From: an uncultured Planctomycetota bacterium | Lineage (GTDB): Bacteria; Planctomycetota; Planctomycetia; Isosphaerales; Isosphaeraceae | Assembly: GCA_963823665.1 (NCBI GenBank) | Contig: CAWGMQ010000010.1 | Span: forward strand, 416,001 to 480,000 | DNA: 64,000 nt | Direction of reading: 5' to 3' | Shown here: positions 34,401 to 47,855 of the stretch, one piece after another | How the letters are laid out: each line of letters opens with the position of its first letter | How positions within the stretch are numbered: the first letter of the stretch is position 1 | Program-made: the position numbers and the translations under genes | Notes under the pieces: generated by a model | Told to the model about the DNA's origin: nothing | Database searches by the model: none | Seen by the model: only the letters and a program-made list of their open reading frames with translations

Positions 34401-37400
34401 GATGTTCGTCGTATCGATGCGTGCGAAGGCCGTTTCATCCGGTGTGGCGCTGCCGTTCAAGTACACCGAGCTTCCGCCCAGATAGACGATGTTGGGATCG
34501 GTGGGGTCGAGTGTCATGATCAGCTCGTTGTTCCCCTGATTCGTGAACTCGCCCTGGCCGGTGATCTGGTAATTCGTGCCGATGTTGTTGGTGGGGATGG
34601 CCTGGGTCACCGTGGGAATGGTGACCTCGGTCCAGTTCTCGCCGAAGTCCTTGGTCTCGAATAGCCCATAGAAACCGCCCGCGGGCGTGGCGACCGCGGC
34701 GAAGAGCCAGCCTTCGTAGATCGGATCCTCTGCAGCATTGCCGGTCGCCTGAGGCACTGACAGCACGATCTGACCTTCTGCACCGTTGGGGGTAAGGCCC
34801 TGGACGGGGCTGACGTTTTCGCCCGTGAGTGTGTTCACGATGAGCGGGTTGCCGACGCCGCCGGTCAGCACGCTCCAGATCTGTCCCTGGTTGGGGCTCA
34901 TCTCGACGCCCACGCCGCGAAGGCCGGCATAAATGATCTGGAGGTTGCCCTGGGATGTGGTGCCCGAGGCGCCGTTGATGACGGCCCCGGAATCCTGGTC
35001 GAGCACAACCGATGTCGCCTGGCCGGGGAGCAGGTTGGTCCAGTGGGCACCCGAATCGAGACTGCGCCAAACTCCGCCCGTCGGGCCGCTGACGGCGGCA
35101 TAGATGATCACCTGGTTGGAGGGGGAAAGCTTGGGGTCGACTACGACCTGGTAGATCGTGTCGCCGACGAAAGTACGATCGCGCATGAGCGCCGGCGTGG
35201 TGGTTTCGATCGGCAGCGGGTTGCCGCTTGAATCGACGTTGGTCGCGCTGTCGTCGAGGGTCCAGGTTGCGCCGCCGTCGGTGGAGATCAAGAACCCGAC
35301 GCCGGGCGTGGTCGGGGTCGTGTTGCCGTCGCCAGTGGCGGCGATGATCACGGTCTGGTTCACGTCGTGATTCTGCGGGAAGACGGTGATGCTGCCGATG
35401 TTGACGGCATCGGTCGGGCCGAAGTCGGTGAGGGAGATCCAGGTCGGGCCGCCGGGGTTGGTGGTCAGGAAGTCGGTGGTCTTCCAGATGCCGCCGGTGG
35501 CACCGGCCGCATAGACGGTGTTGCCTGTCGAATCGGACGGATCGACGGCGATGGCGGTGATCCGGCCGGAAGTCGCCATCGTGTCGGCGGAGGTCGCGCC
35601 GGTGCCGGCGTTGTTGGAGGCGGAGCCGACCGGCGTCCAGGCCTCGGCCGACATCGAGTTCGCCTGAGCCAGGTTGAAGATGCGGAAGCTGGCGTTGATG
35701 TTATCGGCGCCGGGGACACCGAGGTCGGAGTTCGGAACCGGCTTCTGGAAACTCATGGACCAACTGTTGATCGTGCCGGTCAGGCCGTTGGAGCTGCTGT
35801 TCTGGACGTCGAGCACCCAGGTCCCCTGGGCATTGAAGCCGGCGAAGGCCGATAGCGGCATCTGCGGATTGAACGTGCCGAAGAACGGTGCCGAACCCTG
35901 CTCGATCGGCGTGGCCGCCCGGTCGTCGAAGGTCGTGCTCGTGAAATTGGCCGCTTGCGGAGTGCCGCCGACGTCGGTGGCGAGCACGACCGAGGCCAGC
36001 AGATCTCCATTCAAGTCGTAATGGTTCAGGGTGAGGATCAGGGTCTGATCACTCGGGAAAGTCAGGCTGAGCGTGACGCGCAGCCCACTGACACCCGACG
36101 AGGTCGTGTCGCCCTGGACCAGGAAATTGTCGGGCACGATGATTGTCGACGTGACGTCCCCGGTCGTTTGCCCCAGCGGTGGAGCGGGGATGACCTTGGG
36201 CAGATCGCTCGCGCCGTAATTCACCGTCTTGACCGGGCTCGTGGGGCTGCCGCCGCGAAGCACGGTAAGGCCGGCGTCCAGGCTCGAGTCGACTTGGTTG
36301 CCGTTTGCGTCCATCGGAAACTGGCCGGTGACCGGGTCGGCGCCGAGCTCGACGGTGTAGGTGCCGCTGAGCTCCTGCTCGGGGAAGCCGATGGCAAATG
36401 TGGTCGCCAGGCCGTTGACAGCGCCCACCGGCGCGACAGTAATCACCGGCGTGATGTTGAGCGCCCAGTTCTCGAGTGTGCCCTTGACGGCCGTGTTGGT
36501 ATTGGTGATCTGAAGCGTCCAGACACCAGGGATCCACATCGCGGCGTCGAGTGGGTTGGTGATATCGACGGTCTTGCCGTCCAGGGTAGAGAGCTGGCCG
36601 ACCGGACGATACGACCCGGTGAACGGGGCCGAGCCGCTGGTGATCGAGCTTTCCGCTCCGTCGTCGAACGTCGTGTTGACGAAGTCTGCCTTGTTGCCCC
36701 CCACACCCGAGAACAACTGGACCTGGGTGCCGTCCGGGGCGATCAAGACGGCGGAGAGCGATTCATCGTCGGAGAACGATGCATTCAACTGGACCGAGAT
36801 GTGGGCGATGGTGAACGAGCCGTCGAAGCTGGGGACGGTCACGGTCGAATCGAGCACGCTCGGAGTGGTCGGCGAGGTCGCGGCGGGAATGGTCTGGAGG
36901 GAGCTATCCGACGGGTAGGTCTGCGGACCGGTGATCGGACCGACTGGACCCATGATCGAGAGCACCTGGCCGGGGGTGACCGACGCGACCTCCATGGGAC
37001 GGTCGAAGGTCACGTCGAGGGAGCTGTTGGTTCCATCGAGGACCAGGTTATCGCTGCCCGTGCCCCCGGGGACGGAGGTCGACACCACGTAGGGGCCCGG
37101 CATGATCAAGGGGAGTGTGTTCTGATTGAAGGGCGGGTTCAGGATATTGGTCTTGTTGAACGTGAACGGGGCCGAGGTCTGGGGCGTGGGTACCACGTAC
37201 GCATCGCCGGGCGTCAGGCCCGTGAACGGTGTGGTGAGCGGGTTCTCATCGGACGTGCCGTCGGCATTCTGATCCATCGCGGCACCGGTCTCGAGCTCCA
37301 GCTTGGGCGCTGTCGAATCCACGGTGAGCGACCAGCTCACCAACTCGCCGATGTTGATCGAGGAGTAGTTGAGGACAGCAAACTGGTACGTACCGGCGGC

Positions 37401-40400
37401 CGGGCCACCGTTCAGAACGGCCAGCGGGTTATAACCCTGGTACGTCCCGTTAGTGTACGGTCCGCTTGCCACCTCGATTGACTCTGCCGCCTGATCCGAA
37501 AATGTGACGTTTGTGAGGTTCTTGTTGGTGTCTCCGGGCTTATAATACAGTAGGGCCAGAGTGCCGTTGGGCGAAAAGAGCCCGATCTCCAGGTCGCCCA
37601 GGTCACCCAGGCCATTGATCGGGTCGGTTATGTTGACGGTGAGCGTAACATTGCTGATGATCTGGTTGGCCGGTGCCGTGAACGTGATGAACGAGTTTGT
37701 CTGGTCGTAATTGTTGTTCCCCGAGCCGCCGGGGCCGTAGGCGGCGACCGGCTCGTCGGCAGTCACCGATCCTGTGAGCGGCGTCTGCGGGGCTTGCACC
37801 GTGTCGTAAGACCAGATCGGCGCACTGATGGGCGTCACTGTGGACGGCGTCGGTGAAGATGCGCCGTTGTCGGGCAGGATTACGTAGCTGTACGTACCCG
37901 TGTAGTTGGTGATCCCGCTGGCGGCGCCGCTGGGCAGCTCGTTGGGGTTGAACGTGACGATGAAATTCTCATAGCCGTCCGTGCCGTCCTGAGTCGGATC
38001 GGTGTCGTAGTCAGGCGGCACGACGGGCGCGACGCCGGTCACCAGGAGCGGGATTGACGCATCGCCGCTGGTGGTGTCGTGGTAAAAGACCTCGACGTCG
38101 GACTTCGTGAAGGTCTCCTCGTTCAGAGCGATCAAGGCTTGAGGGTCGATGGGGCGGTCGAAGGTGACTTCGAAGGCGGTGGGCATCGATGCGGCGCCGT
38201 TGATCGAGATCGACCAACTGTTGAAGATTCCGGCTTGGGCCGAGTTGCCCCCGGCGACACTGAGCGTCCAGTTACCCACGGCGCGTTGACCGTTCAAGAC
38301 GCTCAAGGGACTGGACGGCCGGAAGGTGCCGTTGTAGGGCCCTGTGCCGGAGGCGATCGGCACGGACGCCGAGTCGGAGAAGGTCGTGCTCGTAAAACTC
38401 TGGCCCGTGGCGCTGGGATCCTGATACAGGATCACGGACTGACCGTTGGGAGCGATGAGGGTCAGGGTCAGATTACCGTCGTCGGCGTAAACGATGTTGA
38501 CCGTGACCTCGACGCCCGTGACATTGAGGCTGGGGTTGCCCGTGATCGGGATCACGGACGAGGTTGCGGTTCCGCTAGGCGTGCCGACAGGGGGCACGAA
38601 ATTGGGAAGGTCGGCCGACGACGACGAGCCCGAGAGGGTGGTGTCGACCACTGGCCCCATCGTGCTCGAGATGATGCGCGGCCCGGCCGCGATGGTCATC
38701 GGCTGGTACCAGATGTTGAGCGGGAAACGCGACGACGGCCGTGCCGTTGAAGTAGCTGTCGTTGAAGTTGAGGGTCAACTGGTAATTGGGATCGTAGAAG
38801 TTGCCGGCCCAGATCGGGAAGACCTGACCATTGGAGACGGCCAGGCCCATCTGGTTGCCGTAGCCGAACGGGGCGTCGGTCTGCCCATTGCGCGACCGAC
38901 TCGTCGTCCGAGGCCGGACCGATGTCGTTGACCGCGCCCGTGATGGCGTCGACGGCCTGTTTGGGTGGGTTGGCGTAGGTCTGCGGTCCGAAGGTCTGGC
39001 CGCCGTCGATGCTGGTGGTGATGTAGGTCGCGACGCGGGCGTCGGCTGCGTCGTCGCGGGCATCGCGCCAGGACATGACCAGCGTGCCGGTTGACTGATC
39101 GACGGCGATCTCGGGCTGGAACTGGGTGCGGCCGGTGACGATGTTGTTTGCATTCGGGGTGAGGGAGTCGTTGGCACCGCTCTCGCCGTCGCTTGTGCCC
39201 TGGTCGTCGTTGACGAGCTCCGGAGCGCTCCAGGACATGCCGCCGTCGTCGGAGTAGATCAGGAAGATGTCGGTGTTCTGGGTCGGGTTCGTCACGCCGT
39301 TGACGGTCACGACGAAGTAGCCGACGAACGCCATGTAAATGCGGCCGAACGTGCGGCCGGAGGAGCCGCCCACGTCGGCGCCGTAGGGGCTGTAGGGCCC
39401 GAGCGTGTTGTCGACGGCCATCACCATGCCGGGACCGACGCCCTGGGGATCGGTGAATGCGGCGGTGGGATACGTGTCTGTCAGCGAGCCGCCGACCACG
39501 TCGGTGAGAAACGCGGAGGTGTTGGTTCCGTAGACGTAGTCGAACTGGTTGGCCGCGACGGTTGGGAAGCTTGGCTGAGTGAGCCCGGTGCTGAACTGGA
39601 GGCTGAATTCGTTGAGCGTGGTTGCGCCAGTCGTCGTGGCGCTGTAATTTTGAATGAACAGCGTCCACGTGCCGTTGATGTTGGCGCCGAGACCCTTCAC
39701 GAAGCTCGCCAGGGTGACGCCGAAGGGGGTTTCCGGGCGGAAGAACCCGACGTAATTGGTTCCCGCCGCGGTGTTTCCGTTGGTCCCGGTGGTCGTCGGG
39801 TCGAAAATGTCGCGGGTGGCGTTGTCGTCGAAGACCGTGCCGATCGTGAGCCCGTTATATACGCCGATGCCGCTGCCGCTCGGTAGACCGACCCCCGTGT
39901 TGGTGGTGCCCGCGGCATTGATTTGATTGAGGACCAACGTGATCTGGCCCGCGTTATTGGGAGCGATCAGGACGAGACTCAGGTTCGAGACGGGTGCCTG
40001 GGTATCGTTGATAGCGACGGTGACGGTGAGGTCGTTGATCAGGGCCGTGTTGGGCACGCTGACGTTGACCGTCTGCGCCAGCTTCCCGGTAATGACGGAC
40101 CCCGACGGGGCCGGCGCCGGCTGAAGCACGCTGACGGTGCCGGCCCATTGGGTGCGATCGTCGTTGTCGTTATTGGTAACGACAATGTCATTCCAGGGCT
40201 CGGCCGAGTTGTTGGAGAGGTTCATCAAAGCGATCGCCGTCGGGACTTTCTGTCCGGCGTCGAAGTCGGGAGGGTTGTTCGTGCTTGTCGGGGAGGCGGT
40301 CCTGACGAAGACAGCGGCGTTGGCGGTGTCCTGATTCTGGAAAACGGCGACCATACTTTCGCCGTTCGGTCCTCCCAGGCCGTAGAGCACGGCGATATCC

Positions 40401-42553
40401 TGGAACGTAGCCGGGGTTCCACCGCTGCTCAGGCGTCCGATCGCCACGCCCTGCTGACCGCCGACCGGCGTGCCGGGAATGACGGAGTTGGCAACGGTGG
40501 ACAAGGCGAAACTAACCGTGGCGCCTCCGGGCGTGGATGTGTTGCGTAGCACCAACAAGGAGTTGGCGCCGGGGCTGTTGGTTACAACGGCCAGATCGTT
40601 CAGCGGGTTGGCGTTGCCGGTGAGGCTGCCGGCAGCCATCGAGACTGCATTGGCACCGAGCGGGGTTACCGGAATCCCCACGTTGAAGCTGGCGCCGGCG
40701 GCGCCGCTGGTATTCAGGAAAACCTTGACGGAGCTATCGTCAGCCCCGGTGCCCTTATTGAGGACCGCGATACTGGCGGAGCCGGTGCCGCCAAAGTTCC
40801 CGACTGCGACCGCGACGGGATTGTTCAGGCCGTCTGCGGCTGTGAACTGGAACAGAACGCTTCCCAGGCCGCCATTTCCGAGCGGATCCAGGATCGTGAC
40901 GACGTTGGTGGACGTGTCGAGGGTGACGAGATCATTGAGCGCCACGCCGACGCCATTGCCCAGACTGATCGCGGCGACGGCCACCGTGTCCGACCCGGAG
41001 GGGTAATTGAACGTCTTGCCCGCCGCAAACACTCCCGAGCCGCCGACGGCCAGAGTGCCATTGATCAAAGTGGTCTCGCCGCCGGAGAGATTGGCAACCG
41101 CTGCATCGAGGACGGTCGTCGAGTTGGTATGGCTGTAGAGCGGAGCCAGAACGACACCGTCAGGCTCCTGCTGGGCCGGAGCGATTGTCGTCGCCGGAAA
41201 TGTGCCGTTGACGGACGGGGAATTCTCCAGCACGCCGAGCTGACCACTGGGCTGGGTGGGATATTTGTCCGCCACGACGATGTCGTTCAAGCCGTCGCCG
41301 TTGACGTCGGTGCTCAAGGCACTCGCGGCCGATGGCACGGCGATAGCGGAGGGATCGGCCGGGATTGTGCTGGTGGAGCTACCGGCGGGATAGATCCCGT
41401 TCCCCTTTACGGGTGTCGTCCAGTTGCCCTGGGTGGCTGGCGGCTTTACGGCCGCCGGGATACTCGCGGGCAGGCCTGGACCGTCAAACCCGTAGGCGTT
41501 GCCGGGATTGGCGATGTTCGTCACGAGCTGGGTCAGCGGCGGCGAGAGCGTGGAATAGGTGCCCGAGTCCTCCCATGCGATCGTGATCTGGCCGGGATTG
41601 GAGGAATTGGCCGTGCTGATCACCAGTTGGGGGTGCGTGTCCACTTGCGGGCCGGTATTGCCACCGGCGTTCATGGTTTGCACGCCGCTGAATGCCAGCG
41701 TCTCTTCGTTTCCGGATGGGGATGCGATCGGCGTGCCCACGACGAGCTCGGCCCGGTCCGGCGTGAAGTTAATATAGCCTCCGACGGGTACCTGGTCGAT
41801 GCTGGCCCACGCGATATAGACGTCGTTGGCGTAGGGGTCGTTGGGTACGTCCGCGGGGAGAGTCGTCACCGAGGTGGGGTGAGTGCCCGCATCGACGGCC
41901 AGTGTCGGACTGGTGATGGCGTCGGAGTCGCTCACCCACTGGTAGATGATTTGATTGGCAATGGTTTGCGTCGCCGTACTACCGCTGAAATTGTACCTCT
42001 CGAGCACGAGGGCTCCGTCGGTCGGGCCCGAGGATTCCATATACAGAACGTAGACGTTGCCCTGCGCATCCCAGGCGACGCTAGGGTCGGTGATTTGTAG
42101 ATAGGGCTCCGGCGTGGTGCTGGCGGCCGTCGCGGGGTCGAGCATGGGCGCACCGAGCCCCGACGCACTTGTCCAGGTCGTGCCACCGTCGCCCGAGAAC
42201 TCGCCCTCGATCACCGCCGTCGGCGGGGAAACGGCAGGCGTAATTTGCGATAAGTCAATTCCCCAGACGGAGAAGACCTTTTGCGCATCATAGGGGTCGA
42301 CTGCCACAGTTGGGCTGTTGGCGTCGCCTTGCGTGGTCACGCTCGTCATACCCGTCAACGGGACCGGCGAATCGGGCGTGCCGTTGACCTGCGTCGGCGC
42401 CACGGCCGGTATCGTGGCCAGCAGCGTGCGCGTCTCGAGCCCTTCGACCTCGACGCGTCGGTGACGCGATTTTCGACTCTTTGTAAGGGGCGATCCCACT
42501 TGGCTCCGAACGCGGCGCCCGACGAACGACGTGCCCGACGATCCCTTAACCAT
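28449..42553 (-). CDS. Giant (~4,700 aa) extracellular protein: FG-GAP-like and Asp-box propellers, five proprotein-convertase P-domains, nine Ig-like repeats, Calx-beta; frameshifts near 38895 and 38720
   Basis: [11 protein letters not shown] motif; SxDGGxxW boxes; five L.L.AP.G...FDD.A...G.W.L.I-type units; ~100-aa repeats with D.FGN; ORFs 38696-42568, 38575-39177 and 28449-38699 join. Confidence 0.85.
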
Positions 42554-42820
42554 GACCGTGTCTCCCACTCTCGTTGGTCGCTTCTTCGCAGCGTGATGCT
42601 TGTGGCGATGATTCCGATTGTGCCGACGGCGCTAACTGAATGGACGAGATAAATCCCGACGAATCGAGAAAACATGCAGGCTTAACACGGCGGAGTCAAA
42701 TTTCTCTTCCATTGCCGCGCGGTTTTCACTTCGCGCGAATTTTGGCGGTCCCATACCCCGGATTCTTGCTGGTCGATCGCCAAGCCAAGCCTGCACATCC
42801 TCGATGGTTGGCTGCATCGT

Positions 42821-42858
42821 CGCGTGGTATAATGCACGCGCGGGTGGTGTCAAGTCAA
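42821..42858. promoter_or_regulatory. Candidate divergent promoter region with palindrome
   Basis: CGCGTG-GTATAATG-CACGCG encloses a TGnTATAAT extended -10; adjacent TTGACA on the minus strand (42848-42853). Confidence 0.4.
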
Positions 42859-43216
42859 GAGGCAACTGCCGAATTCTGAAGAGAAATCCATGCGTACACT
42901 TCTGACCCCGGCCCACCGAAGAAGGATTTGAATGGGGACTTGCCGTTCGGGAGCACCTAGTCGATGCATTCCTCTTCGGTTACGCCATCCTGGCTGGCCG
43001 CCAAGGGGTAAAGGATATCAAAGGGTGTAATAATCTCTCAAGGCGCCATCGGCAGGTGCGCCACGACCTTATCTTGATCGGGGGAGTGGTCTGGAATCAG
43101 GCCGCTTCGCCCGATATCGTTAGGACTGCACTTTCTGCCTTGGTTTGATTTGGTTCGCAATCGTCCTCTTCGGTCATTGATCAAGCAGCACGTTCATCAT
43201 CGCCAAGAGGTTTGCC

Positions 43217-44698
43217 ATGCGGAAGCGAACCGTGCGCCGCTACAGTCCGTGTCTGGGCCTTTTGGACGTCCGGTGCTTGCTTTCGGCCTACACGCCGGCG
43301 CAGATCACGGCGGCGTACGGGCTCTCCGGGCTCTCGCTTGCAACGCTTTCCGGTGGCAGCGTGGCCGGCGACGGCACCGGGCAGACGATCGCTCTCATCG
43401 AGACGTACCATGATCCGAATATTCAAGCAGCATTGAATGGTTTTGATGCAAAGTTCGGGCTACCGAACATCACTCTCAATGTGATCAATCAGGCTGGAAG
43501 CCAGACTGACGGCGGCTGGGCGGGGGAAGAGTCGCTCGATGTCGAGTGGGCGCACGCGATCGCGCCCGGAGCGGCCATCACCGTGGTGGAGGCCGCGCCG
43601 GGGAATAATGACGCTCAGGGATTTCAAGATTTCTTGAACGCGATCGCGACCGCAAGCGCGATCAAAGGGGTTTCGGTCGTATCGATGAGTCTGGGAGGGC
43701 CGGAGTTTTCCGGTGAGAGCTCGAGCGACTCGGTGTTCTCGACCGCGGGCATCACGTACATCGCCTCGAGCGGCGATGAGGGCACGGTGGAATGGCCGTC
43801 GGTTGCGCCTGATGTCCTGGCCGTGGGCGGAACGACTTTGAAACTCAGCGCGAGCTCCGGCTACGGATCGGAGCTCGGCTGGGCGGGGACGGGGGGCGGA
43901 ATCAGCGTTGGGGAAAGAGAGCCAACCTATCAGGACGTGGTGCAATCGAGCGCGGCCAGGAGCACGCCCGACGTGTCGTTCGACGCCGATCCGGCGTCGG
44001 GGGTTGCCGTGTACTACATCCCGCCGGCGCCGGATGAGGGAGGAGGACAATGGGGAACGGTGGGAGGCACGAGCGTGGGGGCACCAGCCTGGGCCGGGAT
44101 TCTGGCGATTGCCAACCAGGGGCGGGCGCTCCTGGGGCTCTCGACGTTGACCGGCGGCACGCAGACGCTGCCGGCGATCTATTCAATGCCGGCGACCGAT
44201 TTTCGGAAGGTTTCCCCGGGCTTTGGAATCAGCTCCGGCACGACGAACCTGGCGATCAGCACAACGAGCTACAACACGCAAACCGGTCTGGGAACGCCGG
44301 TCGGCTCGGCCCTGATCGGCGCTCTCATCGCCGCGTACGATAGTTCGAGTTCCCCACCGACGAGCAATCCACCGCCCTCGTCGAATCCGCCGCCGGCTCT
44401 GCCCACGACGCCCCCACCGCCGGTGGTACCTCCGCCGTTCACGATTCCGACGCCGATTCCGATCACCGTTCCGGTCGCCCCGATCACGTACGCACCGGCG
44501 CCCGCGCCAACGCCCGTCACGCGCCCGCCAACGCCCACAACTCCCCCGCCGGCGGCGCCGCCGATGGCCATCCCGAAGAAGAAAACCGCCGGGCACACCA
44601 CGAAGCACCACGCGAAACCGGCGCACCCGATCGTTCGATCCAAGAAGACGGCCAAGACGAAGCAGAAGGCGAACGGGCGCAGCGAGAATGGCGGTTGA
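43217..44698 (+). CDS. S53 (sedolisin-like) peptidase with Pro-rich and Lys-rich tail
   Basis: LDVRCLLSA leader, EESLDVEWAHAIAP (E-x3-D), SSGD, VGGTS; no recognisable prodomain. Confidence 0.9.
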   Translation: MRKRTVRRYSPCLGLLDVRCLLSAYTPAQITAAYGLSGLSLATLSGGSVAGDGTGQTIALIETYHDPNIQAALNGFDAKFGLPNITLNVINQAGSQTDGGWAGEESLDVEWAHAIAPGAAITVVEAAPGNNDAQGFQDFLNAIATASAIKGVSVVSMSLGGPEFSGESSSDSVFSTAGITYIASSGDEGTVEWPSVAPDVLAVGGTTLKLSASSGYGSELGWAGTGGGISVGEREPTYQDVVQSSAARSTPDVSFDADPASGVAVYYIPPAPDEGGGQWGTVGGTSVGAPAWAGILAIANQGRALLGLSTLTGGTQTLPAIYSMPATDFRKVSPGFGISSGTTNLAISTTSYNTQTGLGTPVGSALIGALIAAYDSSSSPPTSNPPPSSNPPPALPTTPPPPVVPPPFTIPTPIPITVPVAPITYAPAPAPTPVTRPPTPTTPPPAAPPMAIPKKKTAGHTTKHHAKPAHPIVRSKKTAKTKQKANGRSENGG

Positions 44699-44756
44699 TG
44701 AATCGACGCGCCGCAGTCGTTGACGCGTCTTGGGCAGCGGCGCACTTTGAACACGA

Positions 44757-46750
44757 TCAGCCCGCGCGCGACAGCTCGCTCCGGGCTCCTCGCGTTGCAC
44801 TCACAGCACGCGCAAAGCTCCATTCGAGCGACACGTTCCACGCTCCCTTTTCGTCCGGAGCGACATGCCAGTGCGGAATCACGGAGCACGATTGAAGGAT
44901 GGGCTCGGGGCGTTGCTCGAGCGGATCGATGGTCTCAACAGGGAAACACCATACACCTGCGGCCTGCGACCAGGAGAGCGACACGGACAGGTCTCCTGTA
45001 GTGCCGCTCAGAGTGATTCCGTTCTCGTGCGCCAAGTCGAGCTTTGAGCTGGCATATCCCAGCCAGGTGCCGTTCAAATTCGCGTAAACGCTGCTTTGCA
45101 GATCGCCGCCCATTCCGGCCAAGTTGAACTCCACGGCGAAATGAAGGCAGGCGTCCGGCGGGACCTGCTCGAGCTGGTAGGTGATGCGCAACATCGTTTC
45201 GCCGGACGCCAGTGCAATGGTTTTCTTGACGCGGATCGGGCAGCCATCCGCTCGACCCGCGCGCTCCATGATCACCGCAACCCGCGACGATTCACGCTGG
45301 ACCCTGGCCTGGAATGTTCCCGTCGCGAAGTCACCGCGTTCGAGGTCGCGACCGCCGCAGACATCTTCCAACGTCGCCTCGACGGGGTAGAAGTGATCGA
45401 CCAGCGCCTTACGAGGATGCCGGCCGCCGAAGGGAGGTTCACCGCGGCGCTTCGGCTCGGGGGTTGCCGGGCCGGCGGGTTCCGGGCCCGGGTCGAGCGT
45501 GGCCAGCGCGTTCCAGAGCTGGTCGCGCACGTCAAGCTCATACACATGGCCGCCTGAGGCAGGGCGGGCCAGCACAATCAGGCCGTCGTTTTCGAGCCGG
45601 ACTTCCTGCCGCGCGTCGAGATTAAAATCGCCGATATCGACCCGGACGCGCGGACCGACTCTTTCTTCGATCTCGTCGAGCGCATTGTCGGCGGCAATCA
45701 GATGCGCGTAGACCGCATTCCTCAAGTGGGGTCGAGCGAGCCCGCCGGAGCCGCCATGCCAGGAGTAGGCGGAGCCGCACTGGGCTCTAAAAAGCTCGTG
45801 GCGGGCGATCTCGAGATAGTCGGGATCGGACCCGGCATTCGCGGCGGCGGCGGCCAGCCGCTGTGAGACGCCGAGCATCCGGGCGTACATCTCGCCGCCT
45901 GGGGCGCGGCGGGTCTGGTGATTCCGCAGGCGAACCGCGCTATCGCTCAGATAGACCATACCCAGAGGAAGTGACCGGTCTGCCACGTCAGCGAGCGTCG
46001 CGAATTCGAGCCAATCGGCGGCGGCCGAGGCCATCTCGCAGAATCGCTCGAGCCATTCGAGCATATCGACATTCGAATAAGCGGTGGCCAGGCTGCCGTG
46101 CGGCTGCGCGTCGACGGGAAAGACGATCGTCGCGCCGGGCTCTCGCCGGGCGAGCCGGTGCAGGAAGTCGCGGACCAGGGAGGGCTCCACGAACGAGATT
46201 CCGTTTGCCAGGGCCGGCGATGCGGCGAACGCCTTGAGCAGGTGTCCCTCGCATTCGGTCAAGAAATAGCCGAATGGGCCGTGGGCCTGGAACGGGCTGC
46301 GCTGGAAGTGGAATTCGTCGAGCATTGTGTACTCGATGCCGGACTCGACCAGCGCGATTGCCAGGCGCTGTTCCCAGGCACCTTCGGTGAGCCAGACTCC
46401 GCGCACCCGGGTGGAGAACAGCTCGTGGAGATAATCCGTGAAGGCCTGGATCTGGCCCAGGCGGTCGCGGTGGGGGATCATCGCCATGACCGGCTCGTAC
46501 AGGCCGCCGCCCAGGATCTCGAGCCCGCCTCGCGCGACCAGGCGCGCAGCCGGGCGATCCATTCCGGGTGCCGCTCGAGCAACCATTCGAGCAGCGGGCC
46601 GGAGGCGTGCAGCACGGCCCTGATCGCGCGCTTCTCCAGGAGGTGCAGGAGCGGAGAATAGGTCGTGCTGTAGGCCTGCTCTATGGCGCTTTCGAGCTGG
46701 CCCAAGGGCTGGTGAAGATGGAAGGCCAGGACGACGCGGAGCTTTGGCAT
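44757..46750 (-). CDS. GH57 4-alpha-glucanotransferase/alpha-amylase-like protein with DUF1926-type C-terminus; frameshift near 46540
   Basis: HLHQPLG, HASGPLLEW, GGLYEP, GVWLTE, AQC..AYSWHG, LRNAVY. Confidence 0.8.
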
Positions 46751-46765
46751 GTTCGATCCTTCGAT

Positions 46766-47836
46766 CTAGCTGAGCGACGAGATTCGGGGAGCGATCAAGC
46801 CGCGGTCGCGGAAGCCTCGGGACGGCTCGACCTCCTCGAGCTTGATGTCGCGCAAGAAACCGGCGGCGCTCTCGGGCCGGACAGGGTTGATATAAAACCC
46901 CGAGCCCCATTCAAACCCCGCGACTTTCGTGAGCCGCGGAATCACCTCGATGTGCCAGTGGTAATGAGGCAGCTCGCTCATGTCAAACGGCGCTGTATGT
47001 ATAATATAATTATACGACGGATTATCGAGGGCGATCTCGAGCTTGTTGAGCACCTGGTGGAGCACACCGCCCAGATCATCGACGCCGGGCTTGGGAATAT
47101 TCTCGAAATGGCTGGAGTGGTGCTTGGGGACGATCCAGGTCTCGAAGGGGAAGCGGCTGGCGAAGGGGCAGAAGGCGGTGAAGTGGGTCGAGTCGTGGAC
47201 GATTCGTTTCTCGACGGAGAGCTCTTGCTGGACCATATCGCAGTAGATGCATCGGCCGCGATAGTTGAAGAATTCGAGTGACCCGGTCATTTCCTCCCAG
47301 ACGGAGATGGGGACGATGGGGGTGACGATCAACTGGCTGTGCGTGTGCTCGAGGCTAGCACCGCCGGCGGCGCCCGAGTTCTTGAAGAGCATGCCGTGGA
47401 CGAAGCGGTTGTCGCGCTTCAAGTCAACCAGGCGATCGCGGTAGACCCAGAGTATTTCGCGGATGTTCTCGGGGCGGAGCGCGGCCATGGTGGTGTGATG
47501 GCTCGGGCTTTCGATGATGACCTCGTGGGCGCCGACGCCTTCCATCATGTCGTAGATGCCGTCGCCGCGCTTGTTCAAGCTGCCTTCGACCTTGAGTGCA
47601 GGGAAGCGGTTGGGCACGACGCGAATGCGCCAGCCGGGGCCGTTCTGGCGCGAGCCGAAATTGCGGTACGCGAGGATTTCGGGGGGTGTGTTTTCCTCAT
47701 GACCTTCACAGAAGGGGCATGTGGCAGGGTCTGCCGGCGGTGGTGCCTCGGACTTGAAGTCGTGGGGGCGCTTGGCGCGTTCGTCGGCGATGATGACCCA
47801 GCGGCCGACGATCGGGTCTTTGCGGAGCTCGGGCAT
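46766..47836 (-). CDS. galT: Galactose-1-phosphate uridylyltransferase-like (GalT family)
   Basis: [49 protein letters not shown]. Confidence 0.88.
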   Translation of the reverse strand: MPELRKDPIVGRWVIIADERAKRPHDFKSEAPPPADPATCPFCEGHEENTPPEILAYRNFGSRQNGPGWRIRVVPNRFPALKVEGSLNKRGDGIYDMMEGVGAHEVIIESPSHHTTMAALRPENIREILWVYRDRLVDLKRDNRFVHGMLFKNSGAAGGASLEHTHSQLIVTPIVPISVWEEMTGSLEFFNYRGRCIYCDMVQQELSVEKRIVHDSTHFTAFCPFASRFPFETWIVPKHHSSHFENIPKPGVDDLGGVLHQVLNKLEIALDNPSYNYIIHTAPFDMSELPHYHWHIEVIPRLTKVAGFEWGSGFYINPVRPESAAGFLRDIKLEEVEPSRGFRDRGLIAPRISSLS

Positions 47837-47855
47837 GTTCGGGGACCTCCTCCTC

